Assembly: GCA_903834285.1 (NCBI GenBank)
Contig: CAILIO010000230.1
Location: forward strand, 1,937 to 65,936
Reading direction: 5' to 3'
DNA length: 64,000 nucleotides
Origin: an uncultured Sphingomonadales bacterium
Lineage (GTDB): Bacteria > Pseudomonadota > Alphaproteobacteria > Sphingomonadales > Sphingomonadaceae
Below are positions 48,394-58,830 of the stretch, in pieces; position 1 is the first letter of the stretch, and every line of letters starts with the position of its first letter. The position numbers and the translations under genes were made by a program. A model generated the notes under the pieces. That model saw only the letters and a program-made list of their open reading frames with translations. It was not told where the DNA came from and searched no databases.

Positions 48394-49431
48394 ATGCCTA
48401 GCCCTGCCGAAAAGCCGCTTCTCGCCACCCTCAAGGGGGCCAACCTTGCCCGCCGTCCAATCTGGCTGATGCGTCAGGCGGGGCGTTACCTCCCGGAGTA
48501 CCGCGAGTTGCGGGCTGAAAAGGGCGGTTTCCTGGCGCTGGTCTATGACGCCGAGGCAGCCGCAGAAATCACCCTCCAACCGCTGCGCCGCTTTGGCTTC
48601 GATGGGGCGATCCTCTTTTCGGACATCCTGATCGTGCCCTATGCGATGGGTCAGGATCTCCAGTTCCTTGCCGGTGAGGGCCCGGCGCTTTCCCCTCGCC
48701 TGCTCGATGCCGGTCTGGAGACACTCAGGAGCGTGCCTGAGCGCCTTTCGCCGATCTATGACACCGTGGGCCTGGTGAGCGCGGCCTTGCCGCCTGAGGC
48801 GACCATGCTGGGCTTTGCGGGCAGCCCCTGGACAATCGCGACCTACATGGTGGCGGGCGAAGGCAGCCGCGACCAGCACGAGACGCGCGCGCTTGCCTAT
48901 CGTGATCCGGGTGCGTTCCAGGCGATTATCGATGCGATCGTTGATGTGACGGTGGAATACCTCAGCGGCCAGGTGAAGGCTGGCGCGGAAGGCCTGCAGC
49001 TGTTCGACAGCTGGGCCGGCAGCCTTGCGCCTGCGGAGTTCGAGCGCTGGGTGATCGGGCCCAATGCCCGGATCACCGAAGCGATGCATAAACTGCACCC
49101 CGATGTGCCAATCATCGGTTTCCCGAAGGGCGCGGGCGAGAAACTTGCAGCTTATGCTGAGGGCACTGGCGTGGACGCCATCGGGGTGGACGAGACAATC
49201 GACCCGGTTTGGGCGGCCAAGACGCTCCCGGCTGGACTGCCGGTGCAGGGCAATCTCGATCCGTTGCTGTTGCTGGCGGGCGGTCCAGCGCTGGACGACG
49301 GCGCGCGGCGCGTGCTCGATGTGTTTGCCGACCGGCCGCATGTGTTCAATCTGGGCCACGGCATCGGCCAGTTCACCCCCATCCCGCACGTAGAGCGGCT
49401 GCTCGAAGTCGTGCGGGCCTGGGAGCGCTGA
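48394..49431 (+). CDS. hemE: uroporphyrinogen decarboxylase
   Basis: PIWLMRQAGRYLPEYRELR and GFDGAILFSDILIVP signatures. Start ATG 48394, with GTG 48373 as an alternative. Confidence 0.93.
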   Translation: MPSPAEKPLLATLKGANLARRPIWLMRQAGRYLPEYRELRAEKGGFLALVYDAEAAAEITLQPLRRFGFDGAILFSDILIVPYAMGQDLQFLAGEGPALSPRLLDAGLETLRSVPERLSPIYDTVGLVSAALPPEATMLGFAGSPWTIATYMVAGEGSRDQHETRALAYRDPGAFQAIIDAIVDVTVEYLSGQVKAGAEGLQLFDSWAGSLAPAEFERWVIGPNARITEAMHKLHPDVPIIGFPKGAGEKLAAYAEGTGVDAIGVDETIDPVWAAKTLPAGLPVQGNLDPLLLLAGGPALDDGARRVLDVFADRPHVFNLGHGIGQFTPIPHVERLLEVVRAWER

Positions 49432-49436
49432 ACGGG

Positions 49437-50417
49437 TCAGAACCGGACTTGTATTCCGGTTGAGCCGACCATGCGCGGCACCAGCTGGTAGCCGCTGACG
49501 CGCTGGTAGAGCGGGACTTGCACCCGTGCATAAACCGATAGCGTCGGTGTGATCTTGGCGTTGATAGCCGGCGCGATGTAAACCTGTTCGCCGCCGCTGT
49601 TTTCCTGGTCAGAGGCAAGCCCGCTTTCGTGTCCGGAAATGCGGGTGTTGATCTGGATTTCTGGGATCAGGCGTCCGCGTGTCGAGCCGAGCTTGAAATC
49701 GAGGTATTGCAGCGAGAGCGAAGCTTCGCCGACGGCGCCCGGACGGAAGCCTTCGCGCTTGGCTAGCGGAACAGTGACCTGGCCCTGGACGATGAGCGCG
49801 ACCTTGCTGCCGAGACGCCGGTAGTGATAGGCGCCAATCAGCGCCTGCACGGTGCCGGTGCCAGGCTGGAGGCCGCGATCTATGGTCTCGCCCGCGCCGG
49901 GTCCACTGCTGAAGGTGCGATGAAACGGGCCGGTCGGCAGGACCAGCCCCACTTGCAAACCGGTGACACTGCCGGGGCGCGAGAGGCCCTGCCAGCGCAC
50001 CTGCACGCGCAGGTCGCCGATACCCTTGCCGTTCGAGCGGGTTTCCTCGGTCGTATCCTCGGCAATGGTTCGGTGCGGCCGCCAGATGACGGGGAGCGCG
50101 ACGTTGATGCCCCAATCGCTCGCGAACTGGCGATCGTAGGCAAAGGTCAGGTAGTGGTTATCGGTGCGGCGTTCGATCTCGCGTTTGGGCGGGAGCGCGA
50201 CGGTCTTGAAGTCGATCGGATCGGTGCCCGATTGCAGGCGTGATTGGGGAATAAAGTCGTAGCGGATGGTCACGGCCTGACCGGGCTGGGTCACCAGACC
50301 TTGCGAGAGCCAGTCCGAGGTGAAAGTGCAGCCGCAGCTGGCGCAGGCAAAGGCAGGGATCGGCGTGAACGCGGCGGAGAGCGCCGCAAGGGATAAAGCG
50401 CGCATGAAGAGATCCAT
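49437..50417 (-). CDS. outer-membrane beta-barrel protein (MetA-pathway/'transporter' OMP-like) with N-terminal CxxCxC motif
   Basis: Signal peptide ...AAFTPIPAFA, mature N-terminus CASCGCTFTSDW, alternating beta-strand pattern, C-terminal GSTGIQVRF (terminal Phe). Start 50417 or 50405. Confidence 0.65.
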   Translation of the reverse strand: MDLFMRALSLAALSAAFTPIPAFACASCGCTFTSDWLSQGLVTQPGQAVTIRYDFIPQSRLQSGTDPIDFKTVALPPKREIERRTDNHYLTFAYDRQFASDWGINVALPVIWRPHRTIAEDTTEETRSNGKGIGDLRVQVRWQGLSRPGSVTGLQVGLVLPTGPFHRTFSSGPGAGETIDRGLQPGTGTVQALIGAYHYRRLGSKVALIVQGQVTVPLAKREGFRPGAVGEASLSLQYLDFKLGSTRGRLIPEIQINTRISGHESGLASDQENSGGEQVYIAPAINAKITPTLSVYARVQVPLYQRVSGYQLVPRMVGSTGIQVRF

Positions 50418-50472
50418 CGATAGAGCAGGGTACCGGCGCACGCGGCGCACGGCGAACTTCGGATGAGAAAGT

Positions 50473-50862
50473 TCAGGCCGCGACGGGCGGTGCTCTTGCT
50501 GGTGGATGTGTGAGGAAGGTTTTCACGAGCCCGATGGTTTCAGGCGAACGCTGCTGCGCCAGGGCCGGCTGCATACGCGGCGCGATTGTCCAGCCCCGGG
50601 GGGTATCGGCCGCTCCGGTCTGGGCGAGGACTGCAAAGGGGCAGTTTTGGGCTGCGTGGGTCTTGCCCGGTTTCTCGCCGAGGGGCACGGCGAGCCGCGC
50701 AGCCGCACCCGAACCGTCGCAGAGCAGGACGGTGATGCCGCGCGCCGCATCGGGTGCGGTCATCATGCCCTGCGGGATCAGCGCCCTCAGCGCAATGGCC
50801 AGCACGAGCGCAAGCATCGCGAAATGGCGATGCCGGAACACAGACTGGCGCAAGCGGGTCAT
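50473..50862 (-). CDS. DUF2946-family protein
   Basis: MTRLRQSVFRHRHFAMLALVLAIALRALIPQGMM ... LLCDGSG ... THAAQNCPFAVL matches the remembered DUF2946 pattern (TM, ALxPxGxM, Cys/His-containing segment). Confidence 0.6.
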   Translation of the reverse strand: MTRLRQSVFRHRHFAMLALVLAIALRALIPQGMMTAPDAARGITVLLCDGSGAAARLAVPLGEKPGKTHAAQNCPFAVLAQTGAADTPRGWTIAPRMQPALAQQRSPETIGLVKTFLTHPPARAPPVAA

Positions 50863-51021
50863 GGGCCTGTCCGGTAAGCCGATGCCCCGATGTCTGCAAG
50901 CCCTTCGCGGCAAGACCGTTCCGGCAAGCCTGCGCTTGACCACGCGCGATTGCCGCGCCACGAGGGCACTTTCTCGTTCTCTCCCTTACGGATTGGGCAG
51001 GAATCCGCTACATTCGCTGTT

Positions 51022-51465
51022 ATGCTGCAGGTACTTGCGATGCTCTATCTCTGGCTCAAGGCCGGCCATGTCATTTTCGTGATCTTCTGGATGGCGGGGC
51101 TGTTCATGTTACCGCGTTTTTTCGTCTATCATCAGGAAGCGCCCGAAGGTTCGCCCGAGAACGCCATCTGGATCGATCGCGAGGCTAAGCTGATGAAGAT
51201 CATCATGTGGCCTTCGTTGTTCGTGGTCTGGGGCTTCGGGCTGGCGCTGGCGGTGAGCGGGGAGTGGTTCACGCAAGGATGGTTCCACGCCAAGCTGGTG
51301 CTGGTGCTGGTGATGAGCGCTTATCACCTGTGGCTTGCAAGCTATGCCGGCAAGCTGGCGCGGGGCGAGCGGCAACTGACCGGGCGGCAATTGCGCCTGC
51401 TCAACGAGGTTCCGGGGGTAACCGCGGCGTTGATCGTGGTGCTGGTGATCGTGAAGCCGTTCTGA
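51022..51465 (+). CDS. hemJ: protoporphyrinogen oxidase HemJ
   Basis: LWLKAGHVIFVIFWMAGLFMLPRFFVYH ... HAKLVLVLVMSAYH. 147 aa, 4 TM, located immediately upstream of rho. Confidence 0.8.
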   Translation: MLQVLAMLYLWLKAGHVIFVIFWMAGLFMLPRFFVYHQEAPEGSPENAIWIDREAKLMKIIMWPSLFVVWGFGLALAVSGEWFTQGWFHAKLVLVLVMSAYHLWLASYAGKLARGERQLTGRQLRLLNEVPGVTAALIVVLVIVKPF

Positions 51466-51623
51466 TCCGCGTTGTTCTGTGATTGACGCATACTCCAGCG
51501 CGGCCTAAACGCGCTTGTGCATTCCGGTTTGGCAGCGCGTTCGCGCCCTGCCCCCTTTGGTCCGCTTTCCCCAAGCCCAACGACCCTCCGGCGCGCGTGA
51601 TTGCCCCTACTCGGATAAAAAAG

Positions 51624-52880
<1,257 letters not shown>

Positions 52881-52896
52881 GGGCGGCGGGCGGCGC

Positions 52897-53280
52897 TCAG
52901 GTGTTCTGCAGCGCCGCCGCCATCATCTCCCACAGCTTGTTCATGGCCTTCAAGGGTCGCACCATCACCTTGAAATCGATGATCTTTCCTTCAAGATCGA
53001 AGCGAATCAGGTCGATGCCGTTGATGTGGACACTGTCGACTGTCGCGGTGAACTCGAGCAGGGCTTCGGGCCCGTCGACGAGTTCGCGGACATACGTGAA
53101 GCCGGTATCGGCAAAGACCTGACCCGCGGCGGTGAGGTACATCAGGACCTTGGCGTGGCCTTCTTGCGGGGTGTGCACCACCGGCGAATGAAACACCGCA
53201 TCGGGCGCGATCAGGTCGGCCAGCAGGGCGGTGTCGCCGGTGTGCATGTAGCGGTGCCATGCGGCGAGGCCGGTGTGCAT
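52897..53280 (-). CDS. NTF2-like (SnoaL-type) family protein
   Basis: 127 aa. LADLIAPDAVFHSPVVHTPQEG ... INGIDLIRFDLEGKIIDFKVMVRP is typical of the SnoaL-like fold. Confidence 0.6.
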   Translation of the reverse strand: MHTGLAAWHRYMHTGDTALLADLIAPDAVFHSPVVHTPQEGHAKVLMYLTAAGQVFADTGFTYVRELVDGPEALLEFTATVDSVHINGIDLIRFDLEGKIIDFKVMVRPLKAMNKLWEMMAAALQNT

Positions 53281-53372
53281 GGGGTTTCTCTCCTCGTAGT
53301 CCTGCCGCGCCCTTGCCCGCTCGGGTGGCGCCCGGCATTGATCCAGCGCAGGTTTGCGCTAGTCACAGGCGG

Positions 53373-54515
53373 ATGACAACCGCTTCGCCTGACGCTCTGA
53401 TTTCCGAAGGGCTGGCTGCGCTCAAGGCGCGCGAGCCGGCGCGGGCGGCGGCAGCGCTGCGGGCGGCGGCGGATGCGGGGGGTGAGCGCATGCCCTGGCC
53501 GGCGTTGGCGCAGGCCGAACTGGCGCTTGGCAATCACGCTGCGGCGGAAGCCGCGCTCGATCGGCAATTGGCGCTGACCCCCCGCGATGTCGGCGCGCTC
53601 CTCGCTAAGGGACAACTCCGGCAGCGGGCACGCGATGACCGGGCGGCCGTCAGCTTCTACACGACAGCGCTAGCACAGGCTGCGGTGACCGGCATCCCGC
53701 GCGGCATGGAAAGCATGGCAGCGGCCGCGCAGGCATTCATGGGGAAAGCGCAGGGCCTATTCCTGCAGCATCTGGATGCGGTAATGGCAGGCGGCCTGTC
53801 GCCAGCGATGGAGGAAGCGCTGGGGTTGCTCAAAGGCACGCGCGAGATCGACCTGCAGCAACCCTCGTTGTTCTACTATCCCGGTTTGCCGCAGCGGCGG
53901 TTCTATGATCCGGCGGGGTTCACTTGGACAAAGGCCGTGCTCGATCTGCTGCCAGCGATGCAGGCGGAGCTCGCCACTGTCATGGCCGAGGAAGCTGCGG
54001 ATACGTTCGCGCCTTATGTAACAGCCTTAGAAGACCGGCCCGCGCCCAACAATCCCTTACTGGGTGATCCCTCGTGGGGGGCATTCTTCTTCTGGAAGGA
54101 CGGTGCGCCCGTCGCCGCAAATGCCGCGCGTTGTCCGGTGACTATGGCGGCGCTGGCCCATGCGCCGATGCCAATGATCCCCGGCCGCGCACCCAATGCG
54201 CTGTGGTCACGGTTGAGGCCTGGAACGCACATCGCGCCGCACACCGGCATGCTCAACACGCGCCTGATCTGCCACGTGCCGATACGCACCGCGCCAGCCT
54301 GCACATTGCGCGTGGGCAGCGAGACGCGCACGTGGGAACCAAGCGTGCCTCTGATATTTGACGATTCGATGGAGCACGAAGCGCGCAACGCGGGCCCCGA
54401 GACCCGCACTGTTCTCCTGTTCGAGATCTGGCGGCCCGAAGTACCCGAGGAAGACCGCGTCGCCATAGCCCGCCTGCTCGAAGGCATTGCGGGCTACGAC
54501 GGGACAGCGGCCTAG
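53373..54515 (+). CDS. TPR-repeat / aspartyl-asparaginyl beta-hydroxylase domain protein
   Basis: N-terminal TPR-like Ala-rich repeats. C-terminal 2OG-oxygenase-like THIAPHTGMLNTRLICHVPI ... FDDSMEHEARN. Confidence 0.7.
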   Translation: MTTASPDALISEGLAALKAREPARAAAALRAAADAGGERMPWPALAQAELALGNHAAAEAALDRQLALTPRDVGALLAKGQLRQRARDDRAAVSFYTTALAQAAVTGIPRGMESMAAAAQAFMGKAQGLFLQHLDAVMAGGLSPAMEEALGLLKGTREIDLQQPSLFYYPGLPQRRFYDPAGFTWTKAVLDLLPAMQAELATVMAEEAADTFAPYVTALEDRPAPNNPLLGDPSWGAFFFWKDGAPVAANAARCPVTMAALAHAPMPMIPGRAPNALWSRLRPGTHIAPHTGMLNTRLICHVPIRTAPACTLRVGSETRTWEPSVPLIFDDSMEHEARNAGPETRTVLLFEIWRPEVPEEDRVAIARLLEGIAGYDGTAA

Positions 54516-54516
54516 C

Positions 54517-55215
54517 TCAGGTCAGGTGCGCTTCGAAGAAGGCGCGGGTGCGATCATCCGCCAGTTCGGCGCCCGCGACGTCACGGCGCGAGCCCATTTC
54601 TGCCGCAAAGCCGTGGTCCAGCCCGACGTAGTCATGGAGCACAACCTTGGGATGCACATCCAGCGCGGCATGGATCGCAGCCTGTGCTTCCGGCCCGACG
54701 AAGTGGTCCGCAGTCGGGATATGCAGCATCAAGGGATTGGCGATGGCGTGGGCTTCGTTCAGCATCTGGTCGATCATCACGCCGTAGTAGCCGACCGAGG
54801 CATCGATATCGGTGCGCGCAGCCGCCATATAGGCCATGCGCCCACCGAGGCAGAAGCCGACGAGGCCGACCTTGTCGACGGCCTGCTCGTGGCGCAGCCA
54901 GCGGATGGCTGCCTCGATATCCTGCACGCCAAGATCGGGGTTGTACTGGCCGAAGTAGCCGATCGCGGTCTGGAACTGTTCCGGCACATCCGGGTCGAGT
55001 TCTGCCCCCGGAGCAAAGCGCCAGAAGATATCCGGCGCCAGCGCGACATAGCCGAGCGCGGCCCAGTCATCGCACTTCTGGCGGATTCCAGCGTTCACGC
55101 CGAAGATTTCCGGAATGACGATGATCGCGGCCTCTGTCTGATCTTCCGGCGTGGCGATGTAGACCGGAATCTCGGTCTCGCCGTCATAGGAGGGGATTGT
55201 CGTCATCTCGCCCAT
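54517..55215 (-). CDS. dienelactone hydrolase family protein
   Basis: IIVIPEIFGVN ... GLVGFCLGG (nucleophile elbow with Cys) ... DHGF. Start ATG 55215 preceded by AAGGA. Confidence 0.8.
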   Translation of the reverse strand: MGEMTTIPSYDGETEIPVYIATPEDQTEAAIIVIPEIFGVNAGIRQKCDDWAALGYVALAPDIFWRFAPGAELDPDVPEQFQTAIGYFGQYNPDLGVQDIEAAIRWLRHEQAVDKVGLVGFCLGGRMAYMAAARTDIDASVGYYGVMIDQMLNEAHAIANPLMLHIPTADHFVGPEAQAAIHAALDVHPKVVLHDYVGLDHGFAAEMGSRRDVAGAELADDRTRAFFEAHLT

Positions 55216-55325
55216 GGTGCTGATCCTTTTCGGATGGTTGTTCGTCGATGCCCTGATTGGCGCTGTCGATGGACTTTGCCAAGAGCACATGACAGTGTTG
55301 CTGCGGTTGAGCGAAAGGCGCGTCC

Positions 55326-55604
55326 ATGAAAGTCAACGTCGAGGTGGAATGCACGCCGGAAGAGGCGCGCCGGTTCCTGGGTTTGCCGGATGTGACGCGC
55401 GCGAATGACGTCTACGTCGACGCGATTGCCAAGGCGATGCAGGGCATGAACAGCGTTGATCAGCTTCAGGGCTTCGCCAAGCAGATTGCGCCGATGGGCG
55501 AGATGGGTCTCAAGCTGTTCCAGCAGTTCGTCGAGCAAGGCGCGGGCGCGGCCATGGCCGGGTTTAAGGCCGGGGCTTCCGGGGGCGACAAGCCCAAGAC
55601 CTGA
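55326..55604 (+). CDS. conserved hypothetical small protein upstream of mnmE
   Basis: 92-aa ORF MKVNVEVECTPEEARRFLGLPDV... with coding-like composition. Ends 13 nt before the mnmE start. No family confidently recalled. Confidence 0.5.
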   Translation: MKVNVEVECTPEEARRFLGLPDVTRANDVYVDAIAKAMQGMNSVDQLQGFAKQIAPMGEMGLKLFQQFVEQGAGAAMAGFKAGASGGDKPKT

Positions 55605-55617
55605 ACGAATTGCCGCA

Positions 55618-56910
55618 GTGACTGACACGATCTTCGCGCTTTCGTCCGGCGCACCACCAGCAGCGATTGCGGTGATCCGCGTGAGCGGGCCGCGGGCCGC
55701 CGCTGCGCTCATTGCATTGGCCGGCTCGCTCCCGCCGCCGCGCCGCGCAATACTGGCAGCACTGCGCGATGGTGTCGGGGAAGTGCTGGACCGGGCGGTC
55801 ACGCTATGGTTGCCGGGGCCGGGTACCGCGACGGGTGAAGACAGCGCCGAGTTGCACCTGCATGGTGGCCGTGCCGTGGTTGCGGCTGTGGAAGCGGCCT
55901 TGGATGCGCTGCCGGGATTGCGCCGCGCCGAGGCGGGTGAGTTTACGCGCCGGGCCTTTGCCAATGGCCGCATCGATCTTGCCGAAGCCGAAGGGCTGGC
56001 CGACCTGCTCTCTGCCGAGACCGAACTGCAGCGGCGTGGTGCTCTGACCATGGCGGGCGGCGCGCTTTCACGGTTGGTAGCGGAATGGCGCGGCAGGGTT
56101 CTGTCGCTCTCAGCGTCGCTCGAGGCGTTGCTCGACTTTGCTGGCGATGACGAAATCGACGATGGCGGCGAGATGCCGCCGGGTCTGGCGCAAGGCTGCG
56201 CGGCTCTGGCGGAGGAATTGGTTTCTTGGCTGGCGCGTCCCCGCGCAGAGCCGCTGCGCGAAGGTTTCCGGGTTGTCCTTGCGGGCCCTCCGAATGTGGG
56301 GAAATCCACCCTCTTCAATGTCTTGGTTGAGGATGAGGCGGCGATTACGGCCGCCGAACCGGGCACGACGCGCGATATCCTGGTGCGTACGGTCGCGATT
56401 GGCGGGGTGCCGTTCGCCTTTGTCGATACCGCGGGTTTACGGGACGATGGGGCCGGGACCATCGAGCAGATCGGGATAGCGCGTGCCCGGGCCGAAGCGG
56501 AGCGGGCCGATCTCGTGCTCTGGCTGGGGCCTGAGGGCGACGGTCCGGCTGACCGGACAGTTTGGGAGATTGCCGCGCAGTGCGACCGGGCGGATGGACC
56601 CGTAAAGCGCCGCGCGCGGTTTAGGGTTTCCGGGCTGACCGGGGAAGGGCTTGATGCTCTGCGGGAGGGGTTGGTCGATCACGCTCGTTCAGCGCTCCCC
56701 GAGCCGGGAGCGGTCGCGCTCAATGCCCGGCAGCATGTGCTGCTCGCCGAAGTTGCCGGGGCGGTGAGCGAGGCTGCGCGGTGCAGCGATCCGTTGCTCG
56801 CGGCCGAGAACCTCAGGCTGGCGCGCGCGGCGCTCGATCGGCTCGTCGGGCGTGCCGGGACCGAGGACATGCTCGATGCGCTGTTCGGAAGGTTCTGCAT
56901 CGGGAAGTGA
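55618..56910 (+). CDS. mnmE: tRNA modification GTPase MnmE (TrmE)
   Basis: TIFALSSGAPPAAIAVIRVSG N-terminus, G1 GPPNVGKSTLFN, DTAGLR, C-terminal FCIGK motif. GTG start at 55618. Confidence 0.93.
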   Translation: MTDTIFALSSGAPPAAIAVIRVSGPRAAAALIALAGSLPPPRRAILAALRDGVGEVLDRAVTLWLPGPGTATGEDSAELHLHGGRAVVAAVEAALDALPGLRRAEAGEFTRRAFANGRIDLAEAEGLADLLSAETELQRRGALTMAGGALSRLVAEWRGRVLSLSASLEALLDFAGDDEIDDGGEMPPGLAQGCAALAEELVSWLARPRAEPLREGFRVVLAGPPNVGKSTLFNVLVEDEAAITAAEPGTTRDILVRTVAIGGVPFAFVDTAGLRDDGAGTIEQIGIARARAEAERADLVLWLGPEGDGPADRTVWEIAAQCDRADGPVKRRARFRVSGLTGEGLDALREGLVDHARSALPEPGAVALNARQHVLLAEVAGAVSEAARCSDPLLAAENLRLARAALDRLVGRAGTEDMLDALFGRFCIGK

Positions 56911-56926
56911 TGTTCCACGTGAAACA
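56911..56926. promoter_or_regulatory. parS centromere-like site (15/16 match)
   Basis: TGTTCCACGTGAAACA versus consensus TGTTTCACGTGAAACA. Lies in the mnmE-mnmG intergenic space. Confidence 0.8.
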
Positions 56927-56976
56927 CTGAGGCTGCCCTGCGCGCTTTGACGAAGCAGCGCGAATCGCATATCGCG

Positions 56977-58830
56977 ATGACCATGCAGCAGTTCGACATC
57001 ATCGTGGTCGGCGGCGGTCACGCCGGCGTCGAGGCGGCGGCGGTCGCGGCGCGCATGGGCGCAAGCACGGCCCTGGTGAGCTTTGATCCGTCAATGATCG
57101 GGGCCATGTCCTGTAATCCCGCGATTGGCGGGTTGGGCAAAGGCCACCTTGTGCGTGAGGTCGACGCCTTTGATGGGCTGATCGCCCGCGCGGCGGATGA
57201 GGCCGCGATCCATTACCGGATGCTCAATCGCAGCAAGGGCAGCGCGGTCCAGGGCCCGCGCGTGCAGGCAGACCGGCGACTGTTTCGCGCCGCGATCCAG
57301 CGCATGGTCGCGGCGCAAGATGGGCTGACGGTCGTGGCCGGGGAAGCCGCCGCGTTGCGGCTTGCTGGTGGTGCGGTCTGCGGCGTTGATCTGGCCGACG
57401 GGACCGCGCTGATGGCGCGTGCGGTTGTGCTCTGCACCGGCACGTTTCTCGGCGGGCGGCTGTACCGCGGTGAGGAACGGATGGAGGGCGGGCGTATCGA
57501 CGAGAGTGCCGCCCACCGGCTGGCGCAGCAGTTGCGCGGGGCGGGGCTGCCGATGGCGCGGCTCAAGACCGGTACGCCGCCGCGCCTCGACGGGCGGACG
57601 ATCGATTGGTCGCGCTTGCCGGTGCAGGCGAGCGATGCCGAGTATTGGACGATGTCGCCACTGACCGGCGCACGCCCGCAGCCGCAGGTATTCTGCGCGA
57701 TTGCCCGCACCAATGCGCGAACCCATGACGCCATCCGCGCAGGGCTTGATCGCTCGCCTCTGTTCAGTGGTGCGATCGATGCGCAGGGGCCGCGTTATTG
57801 CCCTTCGATCGAAGACAAGATCCACCGCTTCGGCGATCGCGATGGTCATCAGGTATTCCTCGAGCCGGAGGGTCTCGATGATCACGTGATCTATCCCAAT
57901 GGCGTCTCGACGTCATTGCCGACCGATATTCAGGTCGCCATGATGCGCTCGATGGAGGGGCTTGAGACCGTCGAGATCCTCGTGCCGGGCTATGCGGTGG
58001 AGTATGATCACATCGATCCGCGCGCGCTGCGGCGAAGCCTCGAGCTCCGCGACATGCCGGGGCTGTATTGTGCAGGGCAGATCAACGGCACAACCGGGTA
58101 TGAGGAAGCGGCTGCGCAAGGTCTGGTCGCGGGGATGCATGCCGCTGCGGCTGTGCTGGGCCGGGAGCCGCCGGCGCTCGACCGCGCTTCGAGCTACATG
58201 GCGGTGATGGTCGATGACCTGACCCTGCATGGTGTATCGGAGCCTTACCGCATGCTGACGGCGCGAGCCGAATACCGGCTGCGCCTCCGGGCGAACAATG
58301 CGGCGAGCCGGCTGACGCCGCTGGGCCTGGCGGCGGGGTGCGTTGGTGCCGAACGCGCGGCGTGGTTTGTAGCGCGGGAGGAGCGGCGGGTTCGGCTTGC
58401 TGCCCGGTTGGAGACGCCGGTGCTACCGAGCGAACTCATGGCGCATGGCGTCATGGTGCGCGGTGATGGTGTTCGCCGGCAGCTTGCCGAGTGGCTGCGG
58501 TTTCCGGAAGTGACTATAGCCGCATTGGCGCCCTGGCTCGACGATGAAGCCATCGATCCCACGCTTGCCGAGGAGATGGCGGAGGATGCCGCCTATGCGC
58601 CCTATCTCGCACGACAAGAGGCGGAACTGAGGCAATTGAGGGCCAGCGATGGCGTGCCGCTTGGTGATCACTTTCCCTATGGCGCGGTGCCGGGGCTTTC
58701 GCGCGAGATGGTCGAGCGTTTGGAGCGGGCGCGGCCTGATACCCTGGCGGCAGCAGGGCGCATGCCAGGAATCACGCCAGCAGCTATGGCGAGCCTGTTG
58801 GTGGCCGCGCGGCGGCGGGTGGCGGCGTGA
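56977..58830 (+). CDS. mnmG: tRNA uridine 5-carboxymethylaminomethyl modification enzyme MnmG (GidA)
   Basis: [19 protein letters not shown] motif, [48 protein letters not shown]. Confidence 0.96.
   Translation: MTMQQFDIIVVGGGHAGVEAAAVAARMGASTALVSFDPSMIGAMSCNPAIGGLGKGHLVREVDAFDGLIARAADEAAIHYRMLNRSKGSAVQGPRVQADRRLFRAAIQRMVAAQDGLTVVAGEAAALRLAGGAVCGVDLADGTALMARAVVLCTGTFLGGRLYRGEERMEGGRIDESAAHRLAQQLRGAGLPMARLKTGTPPRLDGRTIDWSRLPVQASDAEYWTMSPLTGARPQPQVFCAIARTNARTHDAIRAGLDRSPLFSGAIDAQGPRYCPSIEDKIHRFGDRDGHQVFLEPEGLDDHVIYPNGVSTSLPTDIQVAMMRSMEGLETVEILVPGYAVEYDHIDPRALRRSLELRDMPGLYCAGQINGTTGYEEAAAQGLVAGMHAAAAVLGREPPALDRASSYMAVMVDDLTLHGVSEPYRMLTARAEYRLRLRANNAASRLTPLGLAAGCVGAERAAWFVAREERRVRLAARLETPVLPSELMAHGVMVRGDGVRRQLAEWLRFPEVTIAALAPWLDDEAIDPTLAEEMAEDAAYAPYLARQEAELRQLRASDGVPLGDHFPYGAVPGLSREMVERLERARPDTLAAAGRMPGITPAAMASLLVAARRRVAA

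Noticed and set aside
46880-49389. Long ORFs 46880-48097 (+) and 48355-49389 (-) that would cover the candidate origin flanks
   Set aside because: They are antisense to maf/ppsR and to hemE respectively, both of which carry clear family signatures. Composition artefact.
52889-52918. 9-bp GC hairpin (GGCGGCGCT/AGCGCCGCC) after rho
   Set aside because: There is no U-tract on either strand, and the right arm lies inside the convergent NTF2-like CDS. Not supportable as an intrinsic terminator.
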